DNA of 35,457 nucleotides from Candidatus Treponema faecavium. Lineage in GTDB: Bacteria > Spirochaetota > Spirochaetia > Treponematales > Treponemataceae. The position numbers and the translations under genes are program-made. This document shows positions 1-10,112 of the stretch, piece by piece. The stretch spans positions 1 to 35,457 of the forward strand of contig DXHG01000055.1 in the NCBI GenBank assembly GCA_019113455.1, written 5' to 3'. The notes beneath the pieces were generated by a model that saw only the letters and a list, made by a program, of their open reading frames with translations, did no database searches and was not told the origin of the DNA. How positions within the stretch are numbered: the stretch's first letter is position 1; each line of letters begins with the position of its first letter.

Positions 1-330
1 ACAGTTTTGCGAAAGCAAAACTGTGAGCGCAAGCTATTGCTTGCGCCCAGGTTCCGGGCTTGCTTCGCTGCCTAGCGTCAGCTCCGCAAGCTGCCAAGTT
101 TTGAGCTGCGCTCAAAACTTGCGACTATAAACCCACAGTGCTGGAAGGATGAGGGGGTTCGGGGGAGAAGGGACCCCGCCTCTGAAGAAGAGGTTCCCTT
201 CTCCCCCGAAAACAACTTACAGAGAATAGAAGAGAGAAAAGCACGCCCCCAGCCGCGCAGGCTGACAAAAACAAGCCCGCGGGGCACCCGCAAAGAAAAA
301 CACCCGCGCGCATCCTACCAAAGACAATTA
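1..330. repeat. Mosaic intergenic repeat, forward orientation (stem-loop modules, CAGTGCTGGAAG box, ACAGAGAATAGAAGAG box, GC-rich CGCG/GCA units)
   Basis: Perfect hairpins at 2-23 (CAGTTTTGC/GCAAAACTG), 27-46 (GCGCAAGC/GCTTGCGC) and 95-121 (CAAGTTTTGAGC/GCTCAAAACTTG). Box CAGTGCTGGAAGG at 135-147. Hairpin GAAGGGA..TCCCTTC around 168-205. The same ordered modules recur at 14.8-15.3 kb, and inverted at 14.04-14.41, 28.77-28.97 and 31.87-32.03 kb. Confidence 0.8.
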
Positions 331-365
331 TTTTATGGTATAACTACTGCGGAGGCTGTATTTCC

Positions 366-2546
366 ATGAGATTAAAGAATAAACTTGTTATTGTCGTGCT
401 TTCTGTGGCGCTGCTGCCGTTTATCGGCGGCATGTTTTTTCTCTACTATACAATACGCGATGATCTGCGGCAGACGGGAACCGCGGTGGCGGTAAAGTAC
501 GCCGATACTGTCGTGCAGGGCATCAGCAGTTACTTTAACTCATGGATGATGACGTCGGAAGTGATGAGCCGCTTTCCTGCGGTGCAGAACAAGCAGTGGC
601 TTTCCGTCGATGTGATATGCGACCGCATCGCGCGCGAACACGACGATGTTACAAGTTTTGTGATGGCGAATCTCGACGGCACGTACTGGTACAGCAATGC
701 GTCCGGCAATCCGGCGCAGGGCTACATTATCACGCAGAACGATGCGGACCCCGCTGCTGCGCCGAAAAATATCTCAAACCTTTCGTATTATAAGGCGCTC
801 ATCAGCGACAACCGCACCGGAACCGATATGCGCTATGTGTCGGAGCCGTTTATGTCGCTTGTGGACGACACCAAAATGTTCGCCATCGCATCAACGGTCT
901 TTGACGCGGACAATAAACTTACAGGCCTTATCGGCTGCACGATTACGGCAAGCTCGCTCAATAACGAATACGCGCGCCTTTTGGCAGATTTTGAAGCAAA
1001 CTTCGGCCGCGACGCGGTGCTTATCGTTACCAGCGGCGCTGACCAGCTCGTAACGCGCTATGAGTTTAACCGCGAATACGGCAGATTTATCGATTCCGCG
1101 ATAACAAGCGCCGATCTGGTGTCCCGCTCGGCGCTGCCTGCGGCGGTGCAGGATGCAATCAGGACAGCGGAAAGCGGCGGGAACGCGCAAACGTCGTTTG
1201 ACTGGGACGGAAAGCCGTATTTTATGACGAGAACGCCGCTTGAAAACGCCGACTACGCCGTCTATCTGCTTGTGCCGGAGTCGGTGCTGTTCACCACGGC
1301 GGCGCACGTGCGCAATGTGGCGGTGTGGATTGGCTTTGCAATCGCCGCCGTCGTGATTATCGCAACGTTTATTATCGGCAGCGGCATCAGCCGTTCGCTC
1401 GTGCGCACCGCGGCGGCGCTCCGCGACATATCGGAAGGTTCAGGCGATCTTACCGTGCGCCTTGAAACAAAGAACGGCGATGAAGTAGGAGACATGAGCC
1501 GCTTTTTCAACAAGTTTATAGAAACGCTTCACTCGATGATTGCCAAGATACAGCAGGAATCAGCCGCGATGGGCAGCGTGTCGTCTGATTTGGCCGTGCG
1601 CACGTCTGCGATTCAAAACGATATACAGCAGATATCGGAAAACGTTACCGACTTGAACTTCAAGACGGAAGAACAGAGCGCGTCGGCAACGGAAACGGCA
1701 AGCACAATCGAGCAGATAACGAAAAACATAGAGAGCCTTAAAAACCAGATAGAAAACCAGTCTTCCGCCGTAACGCAGTCGTCAGCCGCAATTCAGCAGA
1801 TGGTATCGAATATCAACGCCATTTCGTCAAGCCTCGACAAGGCTGCCGGCGGCTTTAAGGAACTTAAACACGCGACGGACAACGGCAAGCAGAGCATCAA
1901 CACCGTGCAGGACATGGTTACGAACGTGTCGGGACAGTCGGCAAACCTGCTTGAAACGAACGAGATTATCAACTCCATCGCGAGCCAGACGAATCTGCTT
2001 GCAATGAACGCGGCAATCGAGGCGGCGCACGCCGGAGACGCAGGCAAAGGCTTTTCTGTTGTTGCAGACGAGATACGCAAACTTGCCGAGGACTCCGCAT
2101 CTCAGTCAAAAGTCATCGCAGAAGAACTGCAGAGCATCGTTTCCAATATCGAGTCTATCGTAGGAGCAACGACGCAGGCGGAAACGGCGTTTGATACGAT
2201 CGTATCGCAGATTGCGGCGTCAAGCGATCTTATTGAGCAGATAAGTTTTGCGATGAAAGAACAGAACGAAGGAAGCAAGCAAGTGCTTGAGGCGCTCGAA
2301 AATATCCGCGATATTACTGTTGAGATACGCGACGGTTCCGTTGAAATGAACGAAGGCACGTCGGTAATTCTGCGCGAAATGACGCGCCTTACCGATCTCT
2401 CGCAGCAGGTGCAGGAAAACGCGCACCATATTGCGCAGGCGATAGAGGAAATCAGCGGCTCTATTGAAGAAATCGGTCATGATTCCGAACAGAACAACGG
2501 TTCTGTTACGGAGCTTACAAAGCTCACCAGCAAGTTTAAGCTCTGA
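366..2546 (+). CDS. Methyl-accepting chemotaxis protein with periplasmic Cache-like sensor, HAMP and MCP signalling domain
   Basis: 726-aa ORF. ATG 366 is preceded by GGAGG (351-355). N-terminal TM, ~290-aa extracytoplasmic region, second TM ([20 protein letters not shown]). Conserved MCP hairpin motif [40 protein letters not shown]. Confidence 0.93.
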   Translation: MRLKNKLVIVVLSVALLPFIGGMFFLYYTIRDDLRQTGTAVAVKYADTVVQGISSYFNSWMMTSEVMSRFPAVQNKQWLSVDVICDRIAREHDDVTSFVMANLDGTYWYSNASGNPAQGYIITQNDADPAAAPKNISNLSYYKALISDNRTGTDMRYVSEPFMSLVDDTKMFAIASTVFDADNKLTGLIGCTITASSLNNEYARLLADFEANFGRDAVLIVTSGADQLVTRYEFNREYGRFIDSAITSADLVSRSALPAAVQDAIRTAESGGNAQTSFDWDGKPYFMTRTPLENADYAVYLLVPESVLFTTAAHVRNVAVWIGFAIAAVVIIATFIIGSGISRSLVRTAAALRDISEGSGDLTVRLETKNGDEVGDMSRFFNKFIETLHSMIAKIQQESAAMGSVSSDLAVRTSAIQNDIQQISENVTDLNFKTEEQSASATETASTIEQITKNIESLKNQIENQSSAVTQSSAAIQQMVSNINAISSSLDKAAGGFKELKHATDNGKQSINTVQDMVTNVSGQSANLLETNEIINSIASQTNLLAMNAAIEAAHAGDAGKGFSVVADEIRKLAEDSASQSKVIAEELQSIVSNIESIVGATTQAETAFDTIVSQIAASSDLIEQISFAMKEQNEGSKQVLEALENIRDITVEIRDGSVEMNEGTSVILREMTRLTDLSQQVQENAHHIAQAIEEISGSIEEIGHDSEQNNGSVTELTKLTSKFKL

Positions 2547-2705
2547 GCGCTCAGGGCGGCGCGCAGTATGCCGCTCTCTGCGCGGCGGCTGTTCGCGTGT
2601 AATTTATCCGCGCGTGTATGGTTTATTTATAGTAGGTTTTTCTTGAATAAAATCTACTATAATATATGCTGCGGACTTGCAGAAACCAGCCGCAGCGGAG
2701 GTGAT

Positions 2706-3317
2706 ATGAAAGGCGGAACGAAAGCGCTGCTTGCTGTGTGTGTTATTGCCGCTGCCGTAGGTATCGGCATCTATGCGTCTTTTGCCAATACGTACAACCG
2801 CATAGTGGCGCTTGAAGAAACAGTTGAAAGCCAGTGGGGGCAGGTGCAGAACGTGTATCAGCGCCGGCTTGACCTGATTCCTAATCTCGTAGAAACAGTG
2901 CGGGCAGCGGCGGCGCACGAAGAAGATGTCTTTACCGAAATTGCCGAAGCGCGAAGCCGCGCCGGAGGCGTTGTTACGCTTTCTGCGGATGCGCTTGACG
3001 ATCCGCAGGCGTTCGCGCGCTTTCAGCAGGCGCAGGGCGCGCTCTCATCGGCATTGCAGCGCCTCCTGTCAGTAAGTGAAAACTATCCAGAGCTGCGCGC
3101 AAATGAGAACTTTCTTGCACTGCAGGATCAGCTTGAAGGCACGGAAAACAGAATATCCGTGGAACGCCGCCGCTTTAACGAAGCCGTGCGCGAGTACAAC
3201 ACGTATATCAGGCAGTTTCCCCGCGTCATAATCGCGAAAACCGCAGGCTTTAACGAAAAGCAATACTTTTCCGCTGATGATGAAGCGGCGCGGGCACCCG
3301 CGGTTTCATTTGAGTAA
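2706..3317 (+). CDS. lemA: LemA family membrane protein
   Basis: The ORF track starts at 2568, but ATG 2706 follows GGAGG (2696-2700) and gives the typical N-terminal anchor MKGGTKALLAVCVIAAAVGIGIYA. LemA motifs: YNRIVALEE, SQWGQVQNVYQRRLDLIPNLVETV, ENYPELRANENFLALQDQLEGTENRI. Confidence 0.9.
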   Translation: MKGGTKALLAVCVIAAAVGIGIYASFANTYNRIVALEETVESQWGQVQNVYQRRLDLIPNLVETVRAAAAHEEDVFTEIAEARSRAGGVVTLSADALDDPQAFARFQQAQGALSSALQRLLSVSENYPELRANENFLALQDQLEGTENRISVERRRFNEAVREYNTYIRQFPRVIIAKTAGFNEKQYFSADDEAARAPAVSFE

Positions 3318-3336
3318 CGGCAAACGGAGCGGCAGT

Positions 3337-4029
3337 ATGAAAACCGATACGCTGATAAAAAAACTCAAACTTACGGACAGCTCGTTTGCCCGCATTAAAG
3401 AGGCGGTTGCGCAGGCGGAACAGCACACGAGCGGAGAGATAGCGCTTGCGCTCACGTACGAAAGCGACACGTATGCGTTTTACGAGCTCTTTGCCGCGCT
3501 TACTGTGGGTTCGCTCGTGTTCGCGGTTCTGCTCCCGTTTGCACAGCCGCTGGAACAGCTGCTTGACAGTCTGTTCTGGCAGCCGTCGCCGGTGTACCTG
3601 CCGCTTTTTTTGTGGATGAGCTGCTTCGGCGTTATCATCGCGTGCTACTGTATTTTTAATATCGAGCCGATAGACCGCCGCATTGTGCCGCGTTCGGCGC
3701 AGTACCGCGCCGTGTGGAACCGCAGCCTGCGCTGTTTTACCGAAAGCGGCGTGTATCACACGGAGCGCCATTCAGGCATACTGATATTCGTGTCGTATCT
3801 TGAGCGGCAGGTGCGCATTGTTGCGGATAACGGCATAAGCAAAAAAATCTCAACCGATTTGTGGAACCTTATCGCAGGCGAGCTTGCCGCAGGTATTTCA
3901 GAAGGCAGGGCGGAAGATTCGTTTATTCAGGCGGTGCGCCGCTGCGGCGAGCTGCTTGCGGAACATTTTCCTGCACACAAAGAAAACCCCAACGAGCTTG
4001 CTGACGGCTTAGTTGTTCTGGAGGACTGA
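3337..4029 (+). CDS. TPM (DUF477-like) domain membrane protein
   Basis: ATG 3337 lies inside track ORF 3277-4029, 20 nt after the lemA stop. Has TSGEIALAL and HSGILIFVSYLERQVRIVADNGI motifs with internal hydrophobic helices. It occupies the position of the second gene of the widespread LemA-TPM-TPM arrangement. Confidence 0.75.
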   Translation: MKTDTLIKKLKLTDSSFARIKEAVAQAEQHTSGEIALALTYESDTYAFYELFAALTVGSLVFAVLLPFAQPLEQLLDSLFWQPSPVYLPLFLWMSCFGVIIACYCIFNIEPIDRRIVPRSAQYRAVWNRSLRCFTESGVYHTERHSGILIFVSYLERQVRIVADNGISKKISTDLWNLIAGELAAGISEGRAEDSFIQAVRRCGELLAEHFPAHKENPNELADGLVVLED

Positions 4030-4030
4030 T

Positions 4031-4780
4031 ATGACACGACGGTTACGCTGCATGACCGCGGTGCTCTGCCTGTGCGCAGCACTGCCGCTTGCCGCCCAAA
4101 TCTCCATACCGGAGCTGTTTGCTCCGGTTATGGATACGGCGGATATGCTTTCGCAGGAGCAGGAACACACGCTTGATACATATCTGCGGCGTTTAAGCTC
4201 CGATACCGGCGTGCAGATCGTCGTGTTTACGCTGCCTTCGCTTGGGGAATACAGCATTGAATCGTATTCCCTTGCCGCAGCAGAAGCCTGGCAGCTCGGT
4301 CAGGAGGGAGCCGATAACGGCGCGCTTTTGACAGTCGCGCTTGCCGAGCGCAGTATCCGCATAGAGACCGGCTACGGGCTTGAAGCAGACCTGACCGACG
4401 CGCAGTGCGGGCTTATTATACGGAATATCATTGCGCCGCGGTTTCAGCAGAACGACTACGCAGGCGGCATATTCGCCGGCGTACAGGCGATGGCGAGCGC
4501 CGCTGCAGGCGAACAGGCGGCGCAGGGCCTTGCAGCAAGTGAAGAAATTGAGCAGGCGATGTCGGATCGGCGATTCGATTTCAGTATTACTGATATTATC
4601 ACCGTTATCGCGATTGTCTTTATCGTTATGTGGTTCAATCCGGTCATAGGCAGCGCGTATACAGGCCGCCGCTTCCGGCGCACCGCCGGCGGCCGCTTTA
4701 AAAGCGGTGGTTTCAAAGGCGGCGGCTTTAAGGGCGGCGGCGGAAGATTCGGCGGCGGCGGCGCGTCAGGAAGCTGGTAA
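4031..4780 (+). CDS. TPM domain protein, YgcG-like (signal peptide, TPM domain, TM helix, Gly-rich tail)
   Basis: ATG 4031 is 1 nt after the upstream TGA. Signal peptide ..CLCAALPLAAQ. TPM motifs TGVQIVVFTLPSL and NGALLTVALAERSIRIETGYGLE. TM ITVIAIVFIVMWF. Tail GGFKGGGFKGGGGRFGGGGASGSW. Confidence 0.88.
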   Translation: MTRRLRCMTAVLCLCAALPLAAQISIPELFAPVMDTADMLSQEQEHTLDTYLRRLSSDTGVQIVVFTLPSLGEYSIESYSLAAAEAWQLGQEGADNGALLTVALAERSIRIETGYGLEADLTDAQCGLIIRNIIAPRFQQNDYAGGIFAGVQAMASAAAGEQAAQGLAASEEIEQAMSDRRFDFSITDIITVIAIVFIVMWFNPVIGSAYTGRRFRRTAGGRFKSGGFKGGGFKGGGGRFGGGGASGSW

Positions 4781-4867
4781 CGGGCTTACCACAGTGCAGT
4801 ATCCGCCCGCGCGGCAAGCTGCAAAACAGCTGACTCTTTACCGTCATTTTGATATACTAGGCGTATT

Positions 4868-5371
4868 ATGAGCACAGAAAACACAGAACTTTGTCCCTGC
4901 GGTTCAGGGAAGCCATACAGCAGCTGCTGTTATCCAATCATACAGGGCACCGTTTTGGCGCCCACAGCTGAGGCGCTGATGCGGGCGCGCTATACCGCGT
5001 ATGTAAAGCACGAAATTGATTTTATCATTGACACCTGCGAACATGCCGAAGGCATTAACGAAATAGACCGCAATGCGACAATCGCATGGAGCAACGAGTC
5101 CGTATGGCAGGGCCTTAAAATACTGCGTACGGAAAAAGGCACAGAAAACGATACGGAAGGCGTTGTCGAGTTTGAGGCAACATACACGCGCAAGGGCCTG
5201 CGCGATGTGCACCACGAGACAGGCAGCTTTAAGAAGATAGACGGCAAGTGGCTGTACTCCGTCGGCGTGCTGAAAACGACAACCATCGTGCGCGAAGGCA
5301 AAAAAATCGGGCGCAACGAGCGGTGCCCGTGCGGTTCAGGAAGGAAATATAAGCAGTGCTGCGGCCGCTGA
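4868..5371 (+). CDS. ychJ: YchJ family protein with SEC-C metal-binding motifs at both termini
   Basis: 167 aa. N-terminal [13 protein letters not shown] and C-terminal [15 protein letters not shown] flank an NTF2-like core, the hallmark YchJ/UPF0225 layout. Confidence 0.88.
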   Translation: MSTENTELCPCGSGKPYSSCCYPIIQGTVLAPTAEALMRARYTAYVKHEIDFIIDTCEHAEGINEIDRNATIAWSNESVWQGLKILRTEKGTENDTEGVVEFEATYTRKGLRDVHHETGSFKKIDGKWLYSVGVLKTTTIVREGKKIGRNERCPCGSGRKYKQCCGR

Positions 5372-5382
5372 CAGACGGCGCC

Positions 5383-6165
5383 ATGCAGTATGAACTCATA
5401 ACGGGTTTTCATGCCGTTGAGGAGCGGCTGCGCCGCATCGCGCGTTCTGCGGATACGGGCACGGCGCAGTCAGAACTCCTGTACACAGCGGGAGCGGGGC
5501 CGCGCGTAAAAAAGATAGCGGCAGCGGCCGCACGCGCCCGTATCCCCTGCAAAGAAACAACGCGGGCAGAACTTGACGCGCTTGTGTCGCGCCTTGAACC
5601 TGCGTGCCGAGATCACCGCGGGCTTGTGCTGCGCTGCGCGGCTTTGCAGACAGCAGAAACGCAGCTTGACGCGTATCTTTCTGCGCTCAGCCGTCCCGGC
5701 ACGGAAAAGCAGTGCGTCATCGTGCTTGATTCGATTACCGACCCGCACAACACCGGCGCGATACTGCGCAGCTGCGACCAGTTCGGCGTGTCGCTTGCGC
5801 TGCTGCCCGAACGGCGCGGAGCGCAGGCAGGCAGCGCCGCCGTGTCTCGCGCGAGCGCCGGAGCTGACTCATGGGTGCCGTTCTGCCGCACGGCAAACCT
5901 TGTGCGCGCCGTGCAGCAGCTCAAAGACGCAGGGTTCTGGGTATACGGCGCCGATGCTGACGGCGAGCCGCTGCCGAACGTGGAGTTCACACCGCGTTCC
6001 GTTATCGTCATGGGAAGCGAGGGAAACGGCATCGCCCCGCTCTTACGCAGACAGTGCGACTGTATCGTCTCCATTCCCACGTGCGGCAGGCTTGACAGTC
6101 TCAACGTGTCAGTCGCGGCAGGCATACTGCTTTATGCCTGCACGTCCGCACATGCACGACGCTGA
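5383..6165 (+). CDS. rlmB: TrmH/SpoU family RNA 2'-O-methyltransferase, RlmB-like
   Basis: Track ORF 5356-6165 begins with a GTG overlapping ychJ, so ATG 5383 is preferred. N-terminal substrate-binding region (ITGFHAVEE). SpoU motifs [53 protein letters not shown]. Confidence 0.82.
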   Translation: MQYELITGFHAVEERLRRIARSADTGTAQSELLYTAGAGPRVKKIAAAAARARIPCKETTRAELDALVSRLEPACRDHRGLVLRCAALQTAETQLDAYLSALSRPGTEKQCVIVLDSITDPHNTGAILRSCDQFGVSLALLPERRGAQAGSAAVSRASAGADSWVPFCRTANLVRAVQQLKDAGFWVYGADADGEPLPNVEFTPRSVIVMGSEGNGIAPLLRRQCDCIVSIPTCGRLDSLNVSVAAGILLYACTSAHARR

Positions 6166-6182
6166 ACAAAGAGCGCAAACAC

Positions 6183-7019
6183 ATGACGGAACTGCATACC
6201 CGCCTCAAAGAACTGCGCCGCGCAAAAAAAGACCGGCTTTGCGCCGTTCGCGCGGCGTATAAAAAAGAAAAAACAGCGCTTATCGCAGACTATTACCAGC
6301 GCACGGATCCTGAAAAAGCGCGGCGCATACTTGAACGCCGCGAACTGCGTGAACAGCGCAGAGCTGAACAGGCGGCGCTGCCCAAACGCTACACGCTCGG
6401 GGAAGAAATCTTCAATTCTGTAACGCACGGCATCGGCGCGGGGCTTTCGATAGCAGCGCTCGTGCTGCTTATCGTGCGCGCTGCCGTTCATGCGCCGCGC
6501 CCTGCCGCAGGTGCGTATATCACCGGCTTTACGATATTCGGCGCAGCGCTCTTTATTCTCTATCTGATGTCAACGCTGTATCACGCGCTTACGCCGTACG
6601 GCGCGAAAAAGGTGTTCGCGGTGTTTGACCATTCTTCTATTTATCTGCTCATAGCAGGAACGTATACGCCATTTTGCCTCACAGCGCTCAGCGGTACGCT
6701 TGGCTGGGTGCTGTTCGGCGTTATCTGGGCGCTTGCTGCCGCCGGCATTACGTGCTATGCAGTATTCGGCAGCAGAATACGGGCGGTCTCTGCCGTAACC
6801 TACATACTCATGGGCTGGCTTGTCCTGTTCGCGATTAAGCCGCTTGCCGCTTCGCTCCCGCCGGTGAGCTTTAAACTGCTCATCGCCGGAGGCGCTGCGT
6901 ATACCGCAGGGTTTGTGTTTTACGCACTCAAGCGCATAAAGTGGATGCACTGCGTATGGCACCTGTTTGTGCTTGCAGGCAGCGTCCTGCACTTCTTTTC
7001 GGTGTATTTTTCTATTTAA
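6183..7019 (+). CDS. trhA: Hemolysin III / PAQR family membrane protein (TrhA-like) with ~70-aa basic N-terminal extension
   Basis: 278 aa. Seven predicted TM helices. Motifs [49 protein letters not shown]. Confidence 0.88.
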   Translation: MTELHTRLKELRRAKKDRLCAVRAAYKKEKTALIADYYQRTDPEKARRILERRELREQRRAEQAALPKRYTLGEEIFNSVTHGIGAGLSIAALVLLIVRAAVHAPRPAAGAYITGFTIFGAALFILYLMSTLYHALTPYGAKKVFAVFDHSSIYLLIAGTYTPFCLTALSGTLGWVLFGVIWALAAAGITCYAVFGSRIRAVSAVTYILMGWLVLFAIKPLAASLPPVSFKLLIAGGAAYTAGFVFYALKRIKWMHCVWHLFVLAGSVLHFFSVYFSI

Positions 7020-7034
7020 ACAGCACGGCGGCGA

Positions 7035-7655
7035 TTATACGATAATCCCTTTTGTGGAAGGAACCGCGCCGCCGCGGCGCCCGTCAATACGCACCGCATC
7101 CCGTATTGCACGGGCGGCTGCCTTAAACGACGCTTCAAGTTTATGATGATCGCTTCTGCCGCGCAGTACGTCGATATGCAGTGTACACAGCGCACCTGAT
7201 ACAAAGCCCTGCCAGAAATCCGCCGCCGTATCGGTCTGAAAACTCGCCGCTCCCTGTTTGCACGCGGACACAAGCGGCACGCCAGAAAGCGCTGCGTTAT
7301 ACACGAGATACGCACGCCCGCCGAAATCGACCGCCGCGCGCGCGAGCGTCTCATCCATTGGAAAGAGTGAACTGCCGCTGCGGTAAATGCCCGCACAGTC
7401 TCCGAGCGCCTGGGCAAACGCCCTGCCAATCGTAATGCCTGTATCTTCAACGAGATGGTGCTGGTCAACATCCGTATCGCCGCTGATGCGCCCCGAAAGA
7501 TCAAACAGCCCGTGTGCGCAGAACGCGCTGAGCATATGGTCGAAAAAGCCGATGGGGCACTCAACCGCGTATACGCCGCTTCCGTCAAGATTCAGCGTAA
7601 GCTGTATGTCGGTTTCTTTTGTTGTTCGCGTCAGCGACGCAAGGCGCTCCTGCAT
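7035..7655 (-). CDS. hisB: Imidazoleglycerol-phosphate dehydratase
   Basis: 206 aa. RTTKETDIQLTLNLDGSG, GFFDHML, HHLVEDTGITIGRA and HHKLEASFKAAARA are classic IGPD motifs. AAGGAA lies upstream of ATG 7655. Confidence 0.95.
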   Translation of the reverse strand: MQERLASLTRTTKETDIQLTLNLDGSGVYAVECPIGFFDHMLSAFCAHGLFDLSGRISGDTDVDQHHLVEDTGITIGRAFAQALGDCAGIYRSGSSLFPMDETLARAAVDFGGRAYLVYNAALSGVPLVSACKQGAASFQTDTAADFWQGFVSGALCTLHIDVLRGRSDHHKLEASFKAAARAIRDAVRIDGRRGGAVPSTKGIIV

Positions 7656-7667
7656 TGCACGTTCCTT

Positions 7668-8522
7668 TTATGAAATAACTTTTCTCAGTTCGTATTCAAG
7701 GATATCGGTTGCGCCGAGCTCTTTGAGTTTGGGCATAAGCGCAGGCACTTCGCTTTTCCTGACAGCGATTTTTATTGCGTAGCCGTCGTCGCCGTAGAGC
7801 GGCGCGACAGTCGGGCTGCGCATGGACGGAAGCCCGCGCACCAAGTCTTGAAACCGCGCGCGCGTTACGTTCATTTCAAGCATCACGCGGTCGCGTGCGT
7901 CAAGCACCGCCTCAAAAAGCATTTTAAGTTCGTTTATTTTCTGCCGCCTGGCCGGGTCTGCCAGCGCTGCTTTAGATGCGAACAGGCACGTTGAGCTTTC
8001 CATAATTGTATCGACAATGCGGAGCCCGTTTTCTATCAGCGTTCTGCCGGTAGCTGTATTGTCAATAATCATGTCCGCATCATCAGGCGGGAATACTTCC
8101 GTTGCGCCGTATGTGCGCACCACAACCGCATCTATGTGCTTTTCAGTAAGCCACTGCCGCGCGATATGTTCATATTCGGTGGCGGCGATAATGCGCCTGC
8201 CTGCAAGCGACTCATCATCAAGCTGTTCAGGCACCGCAGCGACAATGCGCACGCGGTCAAAGCCCAAGTCCATAATTTCTTCGACATCCGCGTTCGTCTC
8301 ACGCACCCAGTCGCGGCCGGTAAAGCCGATGTCGTGCGCGCCGAGCTCAAGCAGGCTGCCGATATTCTGCGGCTTCATCACTTTGATTTCAAGATCATCC
8401 TGATCCACCGTCGGCCGGTACGCGCGCTCAGGCAGCTTTATCGTAATGCCGGCCCCGCTGAACAGTGCGACAACATTATCGTATATACGGCCTTTTGGAA
8501 TGAGGATTTTAAGTTTTTCCAT
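7668..8522 (-). CDS. hisG: ATP phosphoribosyltransferase, long form with C-terminal regulatory domain
   Basis: The track ORF runs to 8759, but that extension overlaps the Hpt gene. ATG 8522 (MEKLKILIPKGRIYD) follows GGGAG and gives 285 aa. Motifs DIGFTGRDW, IAATEYEHIARQW, GATEVFPPDDADMIIDNTATGRTL. Confidence 0.92.
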   Translation of the reverse strand: MEKLKILIPKGRIYDNVVALFSGAGITIKLPERAYRPTVDQDDLEIKVMKPQNIGSLLELGAHDIGFTGRDWVRETNADVEEIMDLGFDRVRIVAAVPEQLDDESLAGRRIIAATEYEHIARQWLTEKHIDAVVVRTYGATEVFPPDDADMIIDNTATGRTLIENGLRIVDTIMESSTCLFASKAALADPARRQKINELKMLFEAVLDARDRVMLEMNVTRARFQDLVRGLPSMRSPTVAPLYGDDGYAIKIAVRKSEVPALMPKLKELGATDILEYELRKVIS

Positions 8523-8547
8523 AGAACAGTTAATCACTCCCTGTATG

Positions 8548-8898
8548 CTAAGATGCGTCAATCGTGGCGCACACGGACTTTTGCAGCTGTTCCGTCTCGG
8601 CGGCATATTCGTCAATGCCTGCAAACTCATCACTTCGCAGACGGCGCACGAGCTCGGTGTACCGCGCATACAGCGCCGTGAGCCCCAGATTGCCGGTAAG
8701 CCCTTTAAGCGTGTGCGTTTTATGAATCGCGTCTTCCCAGTTTTTATTGTGGATGTCATCCATGTACGCGTTCTTCTCCGCCTCTGCGGGGAACTTCTTT
8801 AAGCAGCGCACGTACAGCCCTTCGTTCTGCATAAAACGCACCAGACTTCCTGAAATGTCGGCGCCCTGAGACTGCAGCTGTTCAAGTAATGGTTCCAT
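8548..8898 (-). CDS. Hpt (histidine phosphotransfer) domain protein
   Basis: Track start 8919 is a TTG that contains the SD. ATG 8898 (MEPLLEQLQ) lies 9 nt after AAGGAGG. The Hpt signature HTLKGLTGNLGL contains the phospho-accepting His. Confidence 0.85.
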   Translation of the reverse strand: MEPLLEQLQSQGADISGSLVRFMQNEGLYVRCLKKFPAEAEKNAYMDDIHNKNWEDAIHKTHTLKGLTGNLGLTALYARYTELVRRLRSDEFAGIDEYAAETEQLQKSVCATIDAS

Positions 8899-8940
8899 AA
8901 CGAGCCGCCTCCTTTTCAATTACAGACTTTGCACATCACA

Positions 8941-10032
8941 TTATACTGACGGGGGGGGTAATTCATAGAGCTGATGATACAGCATGTCGCTAATCTCGCC
9001 AAAGCACGAGAGCAGTTTGTCGCTGAATACGCCGCACTCCCCGTTCATAATCATTGCCTTTGCTTTTTCATGCGAAAAGGCTTTTTTATAGACGCGCTCG
9101 CTTACCAGCGCGTCATATACATCCGCAAGCGATACAATCTGCGTATAAAACGGTATGTCATCCCCAATAAGACCGTCAGGATACCCGCCGCCGTCATAGC
9201 GTTCATGGTGGTGGCGGCATATTTCATAGCAGTATTTGTATAAATCATCGTTGCCGAAAAACGGTATCTGCTGCAAAATGGAACAGCCGTATATCGTGTG
9301 CTTTTTCATTTCGGCAAACTCTTCGGTGGTCAGCCGCCCGGGCTTGTTCAGTATCGTATCTGAAACGGATACTTTGCCGATATCGTGCATCGCCGCCGCG
9401 TTTGAAATCGCTTCTATTTCATGCTGCGAAAACTGCACGTCGGGCAGATGCTGCGCCGCGTACTCGAGTATGAGCTTTGTGGCGCGGCGGATGCGGCTTA
9501 CGTGCAGCCCTGATTCTCCTGAACGGAACTCAATAACCGTGCTGAGCATGTCGATAATGGACAGATGCGTTTCTTTGAGCGTCTGCGTCTGTTCCCTGAT
9601 AATGGCAATCTGTTTTTCAACACGTTTTTCCAGATTGTTTTTTATCTGATAAAGCTCAATCGCATTGAGCACGTGCTTCTGCACAATCGCAGGTACCGAA
9701 ATGGGCTTGTTGATGATATCGTCAACGCCTTTTTCAAACGCACGCAGCGCGATTTCGTTCGACGTTTCCGCCGTGATCAGGAATACCGGCAGCTGAAACG
9801 ATAAATCATTATCCGCCAGATATTGCAGCACGGCAAAGCCGTCCATATCGGGCATCATGTAATCAAGCAGCAGCGCAGCGGGCAGCGGACGGGTGCTGTC
9901 CGTAAGCAGCGCGATAGCCTGCCGGCCATTTTCTGCTTCGATAATGTCAAACTCGTCTTGAAAAATCGCAGAAAGTATTGAGCGTGCGATCTCATCGTCA
10001 TCTACAATGAGTAAAGATCTGCTTGCTGCCAT
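8941..10032 (-). CDS. Response regulator with REC domain and HD-GYP c-di-GMP phosphodiesterase domain (RpfG-like)
   Basis: 363 aa. REC motifs LLIVDDD, LLDYMMPDMDG, and K in INKP. HD-GYP motifs AAMHDIGKV and HHERYDGGGYPDGL. Confidence 0.92.
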   Translation of the reverse strand: MAASRSLLIVDDDEIARSILSAIFQDEFDIIEAENGRQAIALLTDSTRPLPAALLLDYMMPDMDGFAVLQYLADNDLSFQLPVFLITAETSNEIALRAFEKGVDDIINKPISVPAIVQKHVLNAIELYQIKNNLEKRVEKQIAIIREQTQTLKETHLSIIDMLSTVIEFRSGESGLHVSRIRRATKLILEYAAQHLPDVQFSQHEIEAISNAAAMHDIGKVSVSDTILNKPGRLTTEEFAEMKKHTIYGCSILQQIPFFGNDDLYKYCYEICRHHHERYDGGGYPDGLIGDDIPFYTQIVSLADVYDALVSERVYKKAFSHEKAKAMIMNGECGVFSDKLLSCFGEISDMLYHQLYELPPPSV

Positions 10033-10112
10033 CAGTCCTCTTCCTTCGGCACCACACTCATATCAGCTTTTGCCGCAGCACAAAAAACTACTACACCCAT
10101 AGTACCATTCGT

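Noticed and set aside
78-313. Small ORFs inside repeat regions (78-293, 125-313, 14002-14332, 14315-14768, 28664-28930, 31787-32475 etc.)
   Set aside because: They overlap each other in several frames, lack SDs, translate into low-complexity R/A/C/K/P peptides, and coincide exactly with the hairpin and tandem-repeat modules.
2547-2600. Terminator after the MCP gene (CGCGCAG...CTGCGCG inverted repeat)
   Set aside because: The stem is imperfect with a long loop and is not followed by a T-run. The evidence is insufficient.
7668-8759. 363-aa version of hisG from the ORF track
   Set aside because: The extra 79 residues overlap the Hpt gene in another frame and have no HisG similarity. ATG 8522 with an SD gives the standard MEKLKILIPKG N-terminus.
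8951-8958. G8 (C8 on the coding strand) tract as a phase-variation site in the HD-GYP regulator
   Set aside because: It lies in the last six codons (..ELPPPSV*). A frameshift would only alter the extreme C-terminus, so it is unlikely to act as an on/off switch.
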